Positions 1 to 14,160 of a stretch of 64,000 bases of DNA are shown one piece after another (the stretch's first letter is position 1; each line of letters starts with the position of its first letter). This DNA comes from Balanoglossus misakiensis (taxonomy: Eukaryota; Animalia; Hemichordata): assembly GCA_040954595.2 (NCBI GenBank), contig CM082589.2:6197186-6261185 (forward strand), read 5' to 3'. A model generated the notes under the pieces. It was not told the DNA's origin, searched no databases, and saw only the letters and a list, made by a program, of their open reading frames with translations. A program made the translations under genes and the position numbers.

Positions 1-270
1 TTGCCAGGATACAGACAACAATTCCCACTATGGCCCCTACAAAAGATTTCAAGAGTTAGTTTGAAAACAAAAACTATCGCTTAGTAAATAATATATGATA
101 GAGATAGAGAGATTCGACCTATTTTCAAGTTGCAGTATTATCAACCAAAATCTCATGGTCAAGATACAACTCTGCGTAAATGCGATAAGTGTTCAAACTT
201 GACCATATTTGCCTGATTGAAATCGCTTGTTGAGCAGATTAAAGTGTTTTTCTTCACTGGGAAATCTTAC

Positions 271-3200
271 CGGTTGACAATGCTCCTGCTGAGTGTGGCG
301 AGGCTATGGCTGTAAATGAAAATACAACACAGAGAAAGAATTGTTATCATAACCAAGTAGAGTAATGCTAATGCCATGATTGTGTCATTGAATGGATGAA
401 TGAATGGAAGAACGAACGACTGATTGCATGGACTATGGGCTTGCTGGCACACGGGACTGAAATTGCCTTTCTCGATTGCAACACAACGGTTAATAACAAA
501 CTCACAGAAAATGAAATTACACTTTCTGCAAATTCATACCTTCATAATTGATCACAAAGCCCCTGCCATCGATTGCACCATCAGACACGAAAATTAGAAG
601 CACCGCTGATGACGTGGAATCGACGGGGTATGGAAGCACTCCGTTGCCGTACGTGTTACCAGTGATGCGGGCCAATAGCGGAGACCCCTCGGAAGACCCG
701 TCTCGTATCTCCAGCCAATCGCTGGCATCTCGATTCATTTCGAACACTATAAAGTGAAGTCGTATGATCTTGTTTCCATTGGCCCGAACAAGCCACTGGC
801 ATTCGGAATCGGCGGGATAATCACCGGGAAATCCGGGCGACACTATCGTTCCATTCTCCGGGGTTGCTCCATCGGGCGACGTGGTGGCGATCTGACCACA
901 GCTGCCATATCGTGCTGTGTGAAGATACGTTAGGCATTTTACTATACCATAACATATGCATTTGTATGTTCCTGATAGTAATCGTGGTTTATACAGCGTC
1001 TCGACTGGTACTCTGAATCAAATATTCTATGATCTTTGACACTGGAAGTTATGTGGTCGAGAAATTATCAGGTTTACTTTGTTTCCATAATCAGTAAAAA
1101 TGCACAACTTGGCCAAGGGGAATGTACTCACTGTCGTACACGCTATAGTAGTCGTAGCCACCACACGCTTGATACCCATTGGCAACGCATGTACTGTTGC
1201 AAAACCAGTTTTCTGCTCGAGCTGACACCAGACCCGTGACGTCACTGCTGCAGTAGCACTCTCGGCTGCGACGTAGGCCGGAGAGGATGTGCTCGCTGTC
1301 GCGACAGAATCGGAGGCAACGCTCGATCGTCATGTCGTCGGTGATCAGTTTAGGCGCGTCGGCTGGAAAGGATGGGCTGTTGGCATGGTAACAACCCATG
1401 TATCCCGGCGCTGTGGTGCAAATGTGAGAAGGATAGTGATTTATATGCTAAGTGAATATCAGAAGCGAGAATCTTGAGAAACGTGAAAAGATAATCAATA
1501 TATGCAGGTGAGAGACAGACTTATTCATCATTCCGCCCGTCCGTCGGTCCATCAACCTACCTACCTACATGTACCTACCCAACCATCCGCCCATCCAATC
1601 CCGGACCGGCAAACGCCAATCCATAAAACCACCTGCCCGTCCGTCCCTCTAATTGCCTGCCTACAAAATAGGCAACAGCACCATTTTTGCAGGCTACGTA
1701 CCGTTACACGTGACACTGGCCTCGTCTGAGTTTCTAGCACAGTCCCCGGCTGCGATATTGCTTCGGCCACACCCAGAAATGCTGTTCTCGTCACCATAGC
1801 AATCGACGTCCTTTACAAGATATCCGATGTTGTCGTCGTCTGGATTCTGTGATATCCGAGCAGAAGCTAGCATTGCACCCATGTTGTGCCCTAAAAAGTC
1901 ATAAAACACTGATCAGAATGTCGGATTGTACATTAATTTATTCCGATGCTGAACTTTTAGCACACCACATTCTGAAATAGTGTGGAGACAGATATTATCT
2001 CACTTGGAGATGAAATCAAGTTATACAGGCTGATCCAAGATTTACCACACCTCGCACCATTCACATTTCCTTACGCATTATTTCATGAAGTCTGAACTAA
2101 AACAGTCTTAGCTTTCTCTGGTTTGCCAACGACTCTTGACGACTCACCAATTTGTCGACACACCACGTCAGCATCGCGAATGTCCCATCCTTCACTGCAA
2201 ACAAGCCACCATTGGTCGGAAGCTGCAATTTCAACTCGACCTTCGAATGGTAAACGGTCGCCTGTCAAGCGAACCGCTCCTTCGCCAGAAAATGGAAGAA
2301 GTCACATAGTTAAAACGTGGTGTAAGTATTAGGTAATAGACGTACCTTTTATCATCAACATATTTTCGTCCAATCATATTCGCTGAAAGTTTGAGCGCTG
2401 GATGGAAGAAACATATTTAAAGAAAGGCCAATAGCATCGCTGGTCAATATGTAAGCCTTGTCTTGTGGGAGAAACATGATGCAATTCAAGGCTAGTGAGA
2501 TAAGACACGATATGATACATGTATATGCATACGATGCACTTGAAGGGTATGCCATGTCCTTCCTTTACATAACGCGGAGGCTAAAAGCGGTTGGGCAAAT
2601 GCTCCCCTTTCATCGGAGGGGGGGGGGGGCGGTAGTTGCCAGCCCCTTCTGTATCTCTGTAAATGTATTTTTAGAACAATCGTAGACCATTTTGAAAGTA
2701 AAGGAGGTTTGTCCTTGTAAGAAGAAGGCAAATAGGCGAGTAAGTGTCGTTTAGTGCACGACATCTATAGTCATTCACCCTGAAGATTGCGTGCAAGTCA
2801 AAGTCCACAATAGAACGTCTTTGTCTGCATACAAGAATGTCTGGCATTGAGGTCAAGTACACGTGCATTATTGGCTTAAAGGATACTTAATGTTAACTGT
2901 CGGCAGAAGCGATTTCACCTTTGATTCAATACATTCAGCGCGATTAGGCAAACAGCGAGATGCCCTAATCCTCGTGACGTCAGAACGAGGTATTTGAGTC
3001 ACACACAACGCGCACACCGTTGGTCCACTTCGGGGGCTTTTCAAAAATTACAAGGCTTTCTGATCCTCAACAACGAAAAAATGTCGACACCACACTCACC
3101 CACGCCACAACCCATGCCCTTCATACTATCATAATAGTGTCAGCTATAAAAGGGGCTCGTGTCATAAAATCAAATTAGGTCGAAGTCCGCTGGCTCTTTT

Positions 3201-3865
3201 CACTGTGTGTATTTTGCATAACGCACGCTTCGTTCTTAATATACACGAAAAATTCGAAATAATTAAAAAAAATAACCCAGCGTTATATTTGAAACTATTA
3301 AAATACAGTATAAATTGGACTGTCCTCCGTTTTTGCTTTCAAACAAACCATTAACTTTCCTGCGCCGTTTGCCAACAGGTTCGTGTTTGCCTCGACAGCA
3401 TCATAGGTGTTTGTGCGAGTTCACTCTCTGCTTTGTTTCCAAAAAACTACCAGCAATAAAAACAGGCCAGTGTCGCGTGTTACAGTGTTCGGTTGAAGGA
3501 AGCTTCATAACAGGTTCAGATCCCTACTGTGAGAATAAGCCCGGTATTTTGTTCCGTGGGCAACGCGACGAAAGATATACGATAATATACGATAACGAGA
3601 AAATGCAGTGGTATTTGTAGTTTGGACAACGGCCTGTAACAACACGGTGATTTCAGTAAACGCCCCAGTGCACATAGACACACATAATTGTATTTGTCTC
3701 AAAATCCGCCCTGTCTGGGCAAATCATAGACATTTAAAAGAATATCTGACGTCAAACTAACTTCTCTGCCCCCCCCCCTCCTTACTTACCTGTTCTAGCA
3801 TCCGTCTGTGTGCTGACCTCTGCTACCAACAGGAACACGATGAACGCACACGCGCGCGGAGCCAT
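271..3865 (-). CDS. Signal peptide-SRCR-WSC-CUB protein (Kremen-like layout); 3' end lies beyond the left edge
   Basis: Phase-1 GT-AG exons: 3865-3790 (MAPRACAFIVFLLVAEVSTQ, signal peptide), 2279-2148 and 1890-1702 (SRCR: VRLTG..FEGRVEI..VCSEGWDIRDADVVCRQIG..DVDCYGDE..ASVTC), 1410-1132 (WSC: YMGCY..MTIERCLRFC..ECYC..CNSTC..ACGG), 914-540 (CUB: SPGFPGDYP..CQWLV..DWLEIRDG..FVSDG..GRGF), 309-271 (short linker). All internal exon lengths are multiples of 3. Confidence 0.88.
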
Positions 3866-4510
3866 TGAGAAGGAAATGAAGAGAGACCCCGTGATTTGAT
3901 TCCTGCTAACCGTCTGTGTTACCGGGCCTCTCTGCTGTCCAACAGGAAGGAACCTACCAGCTTATTCTCGGCTTTTCGTCAGACAAGGTGTAATGTCCAG
4001 CGTGTGTCGCACTCGCCTTTGTTCCACTCTTAATGAATAATTCGTCAAATATGTCGACCCCGCTCACGCACAGTCCAAGGTAACACAACCTGCCGTATTT
4101 GTTGTTTACTCAGTATTTTTATAATCTGTCAAATTAGTCACACATTCCTGAAACGTTGCCTCATTAATAAGAACGCATGCGTTTTTTATTTATCGCAAGG
4201 CGTTTGAGTGCAACACAAATATTTCATCATCAACAAAAGTTACACTTACACCTGCATGTACATGCAGTTAACATAACAAAAATGTATCGGTGAACGTTCA
4301 ATGTGATCTCGCAAACCCGGATATGATCGGTTGCGTTAGAAAAATAATGTCCCCATACGCATCACTTCCGGTATGCTGATATTCTTGAGTACTGGTAAGC
4401 TAACAAGTGTAACTTTTTCTATTTATTTCATGAAAAAAAAATTACAAAAATTACAAGAAATTTTAAATTTGTGAAATTTAATAGTGAACGACAAAGACGA
4501 GAATCAGAAT

Positions 4511-7209
4511 TCAATTGACCGACTCGTACACCGGTCTTTCTTCAGTCTCGTCGCTTTCCAACACATAATAATGTGGACTATCATTGGCTACCTGGTCGAC
4601 ACTTTCATATGCAATGTTTTCACGTGAGCCAGAATCCTCAACATGGGTTGCCCCCTTGCTTAACGTTGGGTTTGCTCCTTCATAAGCAATATTTTCGACA
4701 AACCCTTCATTCTGGTTGGGATGTTCGCTTGTCGAGACAGCATCTTGGCCGACTTTGCTAATGTCTGGTTTCGCTCCTTCATAAGCAATATTTTCGACAA
4801 ACCCTTCATTCTGGTTGGGATGTTCGCTTGTCGAGACAGCATCTTGGCCGACTTTGCTAATGTCTGGTTTCGCTCCTTCATAAGCAATATTCTCAACAAA
4901 TCCTTCATTTTCTCTGGTGGGTTGAGTTGTTGAGAGAGAATTATTTCCAGGACTATGATCAAGTTCAGTGTATATGGACTCCCCTGTGTTGCCTTCGAGG
5001 GGTTGGTAATGCTCTACCACAGGCGGGCGCTGGTTAGGACCGTTTCCCAGCATGCCTTGATCAGGTCTCTCGACCGACAAAAGAGTGGTCTCGTACGCCA
5101 GGTTTTGCAAAGCTACCCCAGAACTGTTTGCTGTCTGCGCTTTTAATCTGAAACAAAGTACAATTTATAAGTGTAGTTTCCTTTCTTTGCTGTTTGACTG
5201 CGAATGTGTCGTTCTAAGAAGTCTGAAATGTCCTATAAAGTAATACATATGTAACACAGACAATTTGAATACCACCACTTTACAGAGAGTCATATTCAAA
5301 ACGACAAAGAAGAATTTCATTTACCGTTTTCTTCTCCTAAGAATCTGACAGACGACAACCAGCAGAATGGACAAGAAAACAATGGAGGCGACTCCGACGA
5401 TAGCGGCGACTGAATGAAAAGACGAGCACAATCAGTCAGTTTGTCAGCTATAACATTTCCATCAGCGAATCAGTCAGTGACGTATTGTCTGTCAATTAAT
5501 TGGTCATGGGTTGCAAAATTCAGTAATACAAAGCGAAATTTGAATGTTTTTATTTCTGTATTTAAAGCTTAGGCACGTGTGCAAAATACTGACCGATTTG
5601 CAGTGTTGATTTATTGGCGTCTGTATGTCCAGGTTCGGCAGAGTAGGTCTCGCTGTAGTGTTCTGTTGATTTTTGTACTGTACTGGTGGTCAGCAGCGCG
5701 CCGACGGAGCTGCTTGGAAGTACAGTCGATGCAACGACACTCGAAAGACGCCCTCTATTCAAAGTGCTTGTTTCTGTTGATCCGTCATCCACATGTGTCG
5801 TGGCGGGGCTTTCATCGGATGGACGTTCTGTGAGATCAATGTTTCGCGTCGGCGTTGTTGTTGCAGGTCTCGGCTGAGTTTCGTCATGCGATTCAGTGGC
5901 AGGGATTGTTGGTAATGATGACAAGTCATCAGGTATGGTCGCAGCTGCAAGATATAAACGTAAGAAAGTATGGGACACTGCCCTCATGTGCCGCAGGGAG
6001 GTGTCAATAACCAGCAGACATACAGAAAAAGTTATCCGAACACTGAATGTAAAATGTAAAAGAAATGGCGGGTTCCTCCACACTATTGCTATCTACAATT
6101 TACACATGCCCATATATGGCACTTTTCCATGTGGTCACCCAATGAAAATCAGCGATTGGCACCGTCTTTGTTTACATTTTTAGGTATTTGTTTAGTTCTT
6201 TTACAGGTGTTCCGAAAGAACTGATCACATGTACAGCTGCATCACTGACATGCATGTACGTGTACTTTGCATGCTACACAGCAATAGATCTTGACGGATT
6301 ATTTCTACACACTTACTTACCGTAATCAGTCGAACTAAGGTCCTTGTGTGGAGGGAACGTGGTCGAACCTTCGCCATCATCGTCATCCATTGTTTCGCAG
6401 TGGTCACCGCTCCATTCGCTCGCACACACACATCTGTACGAGTTGACGCCATCCATGCAAGTGCCTCCGTTGGCACAAGGGTTACTTAAGCACTCGTCTG
6501 TGTTGTTTTGGCACCGATCACCAGTCCATCCTGCAGAGCAATTGCATATGATGCCGGGGCCCTGATTTTTTTCACATGTCCCTCCGTTCTGGCAAGGATT
6601 TTGGTTGCAGTTCACACCCCTCGCCACTTCGCATTTAATAAAACGACAAGGAGATATTTAGTCAGTAGTTTTCTAGTGGGGGTCGCATGCAAGTGGGTGT
6701 TTCATCAAATCTTGCAAAATTACTGTACTGCGCATGTCCTGCCGTTGCTTCGGTAGACGTCTCCTCACAGAATGAGATTAACTTAATTCCGACATCGCAT
6801 TTGCGAGTGTGCAAGAACATTTTCTTTTCCTAGTCCTGCAGGTCGACCCGAGGTCGTCCGGGTCCTGAAACTCTATCCGTGTTGTGTAAAGGAACCACTG
6901 AGAATTTATAGGCCGCTTCTACATTTCAGCTTCATTGAATTCACAGGGACAAAAGGGAAACTGGGCGGACGTGACCTACTTGTAAATCTTCCGTAAAAAG
7001 TAGACCAAGAGTACCCCCTTAACCATGCTATATTGTTTTCAACTTGAATGGCAACGGTGGGCTTCTATACACAGAGAATGGGACGAAAGGTGAAAGGGCA
7101 TGCTTATAGTTATATACAGCAAAGCTTGTGCGCACTTACCGACATACAGGAACTGGGAGTACGACATAAACGAGAAAACGTAGAAGACTTGCAGCGTGCG
7201 TCTCTCCAT
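4511..7209 (-). CDS. Type I membrane protein: 2 EGF domains, Ser/Thr stalk, TM helix, long tyrosine-motif cytoplasmic tail
   Basis: Exons 7209-7140 (signal-like MERRTLQVFYVFSFMSYSQFLYV), 6626-6321 (CNQNPCQNGGTC..C.CSAGWTGDRC; DECLSNPCANGGTCMDGVNSYRCVC), 5944-5594 (S/T-rich), 5409-5325 (TM VAAIVGVASIVFLSILLVVVCQILRRRKR), 5147-4511 (tail, stop). Phases are consistent. AATAAA on the minus strand at 4185-4190. Confidence 0.88.
4674..4909. repeat. 99-bp coding tandem repeat (about 2.4 copies; 33-aa unit containing ENIAYE)
   Basis: gctccttcataagcaatatt recurs at 4674, 4773 and 4872, an exact 99-bp period. Confidence 0.95.
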
Positions 7210-8344
7210 ACCAACACGGAAACAACAAAACACACGATCGATACGCGGTCAACGGCTACTGACGTGTCGCAAGTGTCTGTGCTCAGATAAAGTAAATGGC
7301 TGCCATGTTGGCGTATGAAAATGTCACAGTTGAAAGAACCATGAAAGAACAAACAGCCGAGACGTGGTGCTTGTCACGGGTGGCGAGTATCCAAGGACGG
7401 AAGTTACTTGGGTTGACGTTAGTTGTTATCAACCCACTTTCTTCTTAACTTGTCAACATAGGCGAGCGCTCTCAACGTCACGTAAGACTGCCATGACCTG
7501 ACCACGGTGGCTGGAGTGTCCGTGACCTTCTGGTGCAGTGGCAATAACAACACAGCCTCAGCAGCGAGCAGAAGCAACAGGAAATAATCCACTAGCAAAA
7601 TCGTGACGTCACGGTGGAGAGGCGTGACACATAGTCACGAGATCAAGGGCGGTAGCTGAAATTGCCTTGGTGTCATATTGCTGGTTTTAAAAAAGCGTCA
7701 ACACAATGTTTAAAGATATAACCTTTATTAAAAACCACATGAACTTAAATATTCCAGTCACTATTAAGTTTGGTCACCTATAGACGTTGCTATGGTAACC
7801 CTGGTTTGACATTCTCGTGAGTAACAATGGAAAACTATGGGGATATAAAGGATGATAAAGACCCTGTAAATTTATCAGTGGCACGACAAAATAGTCCATT
7901 CTTTCACCACGTGATTTTGACAGTGTGGGCCAAGGCAGAGAATTATTCCTCGCTAAGATCCATATTTATGAGTTTACAAAACGAGCTGTATTTAATACGA
8001 TCTTTAAATTGTAACTTATATTACGCTTTCACTCATGACAGATGTCTCCCACGATGCTCAGTGTGCCTGAATAACTGTCGCACTACTTATACTTTATTTA
8101 TCGACAAAATTCCCTCAAGAGTGAACATATCTATACATGTTCGATGTAAGATTAGTTAACAACAGTTAAACCTAACTGGTAAAACTCATACCAGCCAAAG
8201 GCCATTTTTTAATGTTCATACAGAGGTCAAATGTCATGAAAACGGACCATAAATCATCTCTGTAATACGCGTGGCTATTTTTAAAACAATAAATAAAAAC
8301 GTGTTGTAATAAATACATTTAAAAGTGGATACAGTCTACCTGCA

Positions 8345-8488
8345 TAAAGTCGAACCTGTCTATAGTGGCCAGTCAAGGGACTTTCTTAAACTGGCCTTTA
8401 TAGGCAGGTGGTCTTTATAGACATGTAAATATATGCACATGTAAATTGCACGGGGATTGTAATGATGTGCCCACTATTATAGAGGTAG
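8345..8488. mobile_element. Possible degenerate Tc1/pogo-type MITE in the transporter 3' UTR
   Basis: agtcgaacctgtctatagtggcca followed by internal tataggcaggt/tatagaggt motifs resembles pogo-like MITE ends. The boundaries are unclear. Confidence 0.35.
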
Positions 8489-8491
8489 ACA

Positions 8492-10857
8492 CTAACACGT
8501 GTTTGACTGTTTTTCCACGGTGGCCCTACAGCTGGGGCCAGTCTGTGTCCCGGCTTCTTCTACGGTGATGTTCTCGCGAGAGTTGTTTGAATACACGACA
8601 GCCGGGGCGCCCTCTTCCGCCTTCTTCGATAAGCGACGCCGTTTGGCCAAGCAGAGTTCAGGTACCAAGGTTATAATTCCACCCAATACCAAGAAGGTTC
8701 CGTAGAAATAAAACGAATTGTCGTAATCTCCAGTGACGTCGTATATATAACCTGCAAAATAATCAAAAAATAATATTGAACCAAACATAACCGATGTCTG
8801 CCATAGGGTCTGCTGAGAAGACATCTGTTCCTCTACTATAGCAATGCTAAATTTATGGAAGATTCACATTTTGAGCTGTTTACTTGCATAGAAATAGGTC
8901 TGAGTCATTTGCATAGAAGCAGCGTTAATTTGTGACGATTATTGTCGTGTTATTGCTTAGTCAAAAGAGTATAGTACCCAGAAGTGTTCATACAATGAAC
9001 CTTTGTTATTGTTACCTCCACAAATTGGTCCGAGAAGGCCTCCAATGGCGGCGAAGGAGTGGCTGATTCCTATTCCCGCGACGAAAAATTCAGCGGAAAC
9101 GATGCATTCCAGGACTATCCCGAGCACTGAAAACCAGAAGCCCATCAGGAACCCGAGAATCGACGTGAAGACCGCGTATGATGCATAGGTGTTTGACAAC
9201 GGACTCAGAAGAGATGCGATTCCAGCCGCCAGAAAGGCAAGCCCGAACCAGAGGGAGCAACTGAACTCTCTTGCCCGACAACATGAAAAGAGAATAGGCG
9301 TCAATCTGCCGACGACACTGGTTATCCCAAACAACGACGCCATGAACGCAATCTCGTCTGATGTCCCGATGTTTTTGTCCACGGCGCGCGATACAAGATG
9401 GGCTGGCTCTCCGAAAAATCCTACTCCTATCCCAGAAAAGAGCGTGCCGCAAAACGCGATGAATGCTGGGTATTTGGTAAAGATGGTACAGTCACACATT
9501 ACCAGCAGCATTTGTTTGAAATCACTTGGCGCCGGTTCGCGTTCAGTGCTCTCTTCATTAGAGAGCCCTCTGTTCCTCTGTTCTTCGGCAAGAGCGTACC
9601 CGAACAATGCAGCAGCTATGCCCATCTGCGCATTTACAGCCGAGAATACGATAACAGCCCCTTTCCATCCGTATGTGTCTATGCATATCTGCAACAAGGG
9701 CGGGAAGATGAACGTACCCACTCCGCCACCAGCGGTGACGATAGAAAACGCCGCGACGAAATGCTTCTTTATAAACAACGCAACGATTCCTATTCCCGGC
9801 GTCAAAACCAATCCATATCCCAGCCCTGAGATAAAAAGAAAACAACAATAGTGCGTGTCTGGCAATCGTGTGTGCAGCCGTAAATGGCGGAGGGATGGGA
9901 AACTCGTGGTCTCCATGGCAATAGACGTTCTTGCTTGTGTAAAAACCGTCATCGAAATGGTCACTGTCATAACTTACCTACGAGCGCATCTATACATACT
10001 TACCAACCAAGATTCCAAGACTCAAATACAAGAACTCAATATTGACTGCGAAGGCACTCACAAAGAACCCGGTTGTGGATAATACTGCTCCGGCCATGAC
10101 CGTCATTCGAAATCCGATCTTTTTCACACATACATTAGCTATGGGGCCTGTGAATCAAAAACAAAACGACACTAGAGATACTATGCGTTTAATACATAGA
10201 GATCGTATGGAAGGAATTTATATAATTTCAATGACGAAAAACAACCCAAAACAACAACACTGGTTTGCTGTATGTCTGTGTCAGGTACAACTGTATATGA
10301 TATTCTTGATCACATGAGGAAGGAATATCTCATTGATATTTTTACATTATTACAGTTGATTACTACTATACTACTATGATCTTCGCGATAAAACGCGTTT
10401 GTGATTTTTCACATCATTTTAATAACTGAGTATGGATTCACCATCACTATACAATTCACACACAGAAAGCTATGCCTACGTAGGTCAGGGTTAGTAATAC
10501 AATGAAATTCATACACGTCACACACGTACCTATATCAATGAAGCGTATTCCCATTGCGTAGGGATGTTTACATCCATAAACGTAGCAAAAAAACCCGGAG
10601 GATATAGTCAGAGAATGGTGCAGTTGACACTTACCTAAAGCATTTTGGAGAAACACGATCAATGAAATTATCCACGACGTACGCACTGAAGTCGCCCCGA
10701 AATACTTTTGGATGGCCACAAGCAGCGGTCCAATGGCTGCATAGACTCCAAATACGAACATGCTGCAGATGAAAGAGCCGAACACGACCAGCCAACCGAG
10801 GCACCCGCCGTCTTGCGATCCCTTCCGGGTTTGTGGTACCTGGTTATTATTCGCCAT
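8492..10857 (-). CDS. Monocarboxylate transporter family (SLC16/MCT, MFS) protein, about 478 aa
   Basis: Exons 10857-10635, 10147-10004, 9825-9016, 8751-8492 (1437 nt, in frame). Motifs include DGGCLGWLVVFGSF (cf. DGGWGW), YGWKGA, LLGPICGGYIYDVTGDY and multiple hydrophobic helices. Confidence 0.92.
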
Positions 10858-13800
10858 GTTTTTTTTTCACCGTATGGTCTTTGATTCTGACAGTGAAAAT
10901 AAAATGTGTGTCAGGGAAAACAACACGTAGTCGCGCGGAGTACGTTCGTACATTGTATGATCGTGGTCCCCTAAACGCCAATCGTCCGACTTCATTACAT
11001 AAATAGAATACTCCCATAGGAGAGCGTACCATGTTATAACTCTTACCTTTCGTCTCACTATTGGTAAAAGGTACCTTTGGACCCGCGAGTTTTAAATCAG
11101 CACATATAGTGGTTATTCTGTCCGCACCATGAAGTCGGTTGTCAAGTGGGGTATCAGTAAACTGGTCTGACCATCGCGTCGCGAGCCAGGTCGACTGTGT
11201 TCTCCTATGTCAGACTGCAAAATACTAGTAGAAGTTGAACTCTCACCCTGATCCTTTCACCAGGTCGTTGATGAATGCCCAGCCATAATGACAACAAAGC
11301 AAAGACGCGCAGCTACCACAGAGAGCAGACCAAACACATCAATACTTTTACTTACTCGATTTATTCTCAAATATGAAATCGTGAAGTTATACAACTATAA
11401 GTGTAAAGTCATTCAGACCGCTCATTACAATGATGTGATAATATTTACAAATTTAATGAAAGGTGACCAAATTGGCCGAGAACACGCCAAGCGTAGTCTT
11501 TATTGAAGACTTACACGCACCACCAACCAGGTATTTGTGTCATGGGGCGACAAGGGATGACGTCATTTCAGCTTCTCATTTGCATGTCTTCGGGGGCTCG
11601 GTCCACTCTCTGTGCAGGTCACGTGCAGGCTTGTGTGCAGGTCAAGAAATCACGTTGGTTGAACAGAGGGCGCCGGGCATGACCTTCGGACCACAACCAC
11701 ACGAACTCCACTAACAATGTTCTCTCTGCTGAACCGATTGGTTAGTTTCGCCCGAAGAGAGGCTAGAGTGCCGCCATGTTTTACATACAAGTATTACAAA
11801 AAATGGACTTCTCATGCCCCCATTGATGTACAAGAAATCATTGCCGTCGCCACGTGTTTTACTGTCGTTATTTTTCTATTAAATAATCTCTTGGTTTGTT
11901 TCGTCTCCTCGTATTTGGCAAGTTTCTACAGGCCCTTTCTCTGAAAGGAATTTGAGCCCGAATCCAGTTTTAAATTTAAACATTTAATATTGACTTCCTT
12001 GAGATTTTTTCGGACCACAAAAAAATAATCTGGACAATTTCGACTTACATTTTTTTTCTATTCGATAAACGGACACGTACCCCGTCGGCAGCGCCGCTTG
12101 CGTTGCGCAGAGGATATGCCAAGTGGGCGACCCTGATGCGGTAAGTATGGAAATTTTTATTTCTTATCGTCGACTTCGAGTTCCCCGGTTCTGTGCCAAA
12201 TTCTCGCACAACCAATGTGCTGGACACGTACACCCGAATGAGAAATAAAAATATCGCAGGAGATGTGTAAATTTTACTCAGGGAGTTTTCAGTGCATTGC
12301 GGTGAAGAACAACGACAGCGACGTGTATAGAAGACAGTCACCATCTTATACTTCACCTTACACTAATTTTTGTCGTCATAAAGGTTCGCATTTTTGTCTA
12401 AATACAATCATGAGACTTTGATACTTCCTAGCTCATTACACAACCGCCACAATAGTTATTGAACACTTGACAAGCAGTGGAAAATATGAATGGTCATTTT
12501 CATACTGACGTTCGCCGTGACCTCTTCAAAAAAGGGGAACGTTCGGCGTATATTTACCCGCCAGATTTGAAAAAATGCCGTTTGTCAGACGGGAATGCGT
12601 GCTAGCTCGTCGCTACCACATGCATCGATATGTTGGCTTTGCTTCTTCAACGTAATCATGTTAATTGTCTTTTAATTGACTCCGAAAACACACTGTATAA
12701 GTTGGTAATAATAGCGTCAGAAATAACTACTTGAGTCCGTTGGAGATCATTTCGCAATCTTGTCCGTAAATTCTTAATCTTGTCCGAGGTAATTATCTGC
12801 CAATTATCTCCGTTTATCTCCGCGTACCAAAGTTTGGCCTGGATAGCTTCTGGTTTGTTAGGTAATTTGCCGTAATAGGGAGCTTACGGTTCGGCCCATC
12901 CCAGCTGGCCGCGATAGCGTTGCGCGTTTCTCGGTGATTCGTTCTCTTTTTTACGTCCGTGGTTCTCACCATGTTCTAGGTAAGGACCAGACCTTGCATC
13001 CAATCATTTTGCCTGAATATCTCGTCTCTGTATGCAAACTTGTCGTGTCGATGAGGGCGGTGCAAATCTGACCCGGGAGTCCAAGTCTCTTGGCGATTAT
13101 TTTAAAGTACTGATGCACGACACTGCTTGAAAACGATCCGTATAAATTGGCTTTTCTAAAATCAGCAATACATTCACCAAAATTCAGAAAATGTCGCTCA
13201 AACTAAAAGAGTTTTAGGGGACTGGGCGTCATGTGGCGGGCATACCTTGCTATCAAGGTCTCATGCCCAATCTCGATGTTTTCCTTATCGCAGCGGTCAG
13301 TTTTGCGGCGATTAAAACATTGATACTACCTGTACATGTACATAGCTCTTTCAAACGTTTGCCTAAGCTTTGTCAAAAATCTATAAAGAATGTAAGCAAC
13401 CTTGTTCACAGACACTGAACCATCCACATACGCTATAGAGACTTCAAATTTTACAGTGACAAAAACTTCGATGCATTTATCACAGGAATATGTAAACTGA
13501 TAATTTCAGACTTTATTCCGAAGCCCAGGGACACGCTATCGCTAAGGCCGGCGAAGAGGGGGTGTCTTTACACGTCTTTACCCAGTACCTCAATCCGAAA
13601 CATGCCATAAAATTTATGTACATGTATTTACTCTAGATATTCTTCATAATATTCGTGAACGGACCTGCGCGAAATATCAACAACGTAATAAAAGAGAAGT
13701 GTTGCAAACCAAACTAAGGATTATCTTAAGTCAATTAAGCGACCTTCCCCTGGCCAGCGAAGATTGCAGTGTTTTATAATACTTGATTGACAGGAATCAG

Positions 13801-14160
13801 CACTGAGCAAATCATTTCGTAACGGTAGCCTCAGCTTCATTCAAGTGACATGAATTTATTTCACCCCTTCTACTTGCATAGCTGCAAACGATAAGTCATG
13901 CCGTTATGGTCAATCAGTCAGTACGAAAAGCCAATTATTTTTAGTCAATGAGGAAGCAGTGATCGACAGATTGCTGATTGGTGAAGAGATTGATGGAGTC
14001 AACTTGAATTAGTCTACGGTCACATCACACACTGAGGTCAGTCGTTTGGAGTCCGGTAAGCTAGCGTATTTTAAGTACAATTTCGTATACACTACACTAC
14101 ACTACATTCTGTATTTTGTTCTCTCACATCTAGGAAATAGGGGTCAACTCTTTGGAAAAC

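Noticed and set aside
7420-7676. Leucine-rich hydrophobic stretch on the minus strand as a candidate first exon
   Set aside because: Nearby ATGs hit early stops, and a better signal exon with a GTAAGT donor exists at 7209-7140.
9189-9851. 220-aa plus-strand ORF
   Set aside because: It is the antisense shadow of the MCT exon and has no recognisable motifs.
11900-13650. Transposon-like non-coding sequence between the transporter and lectin A
   Set aside because: I could not identify matching termini, target duplications or a transposase frame by eye.
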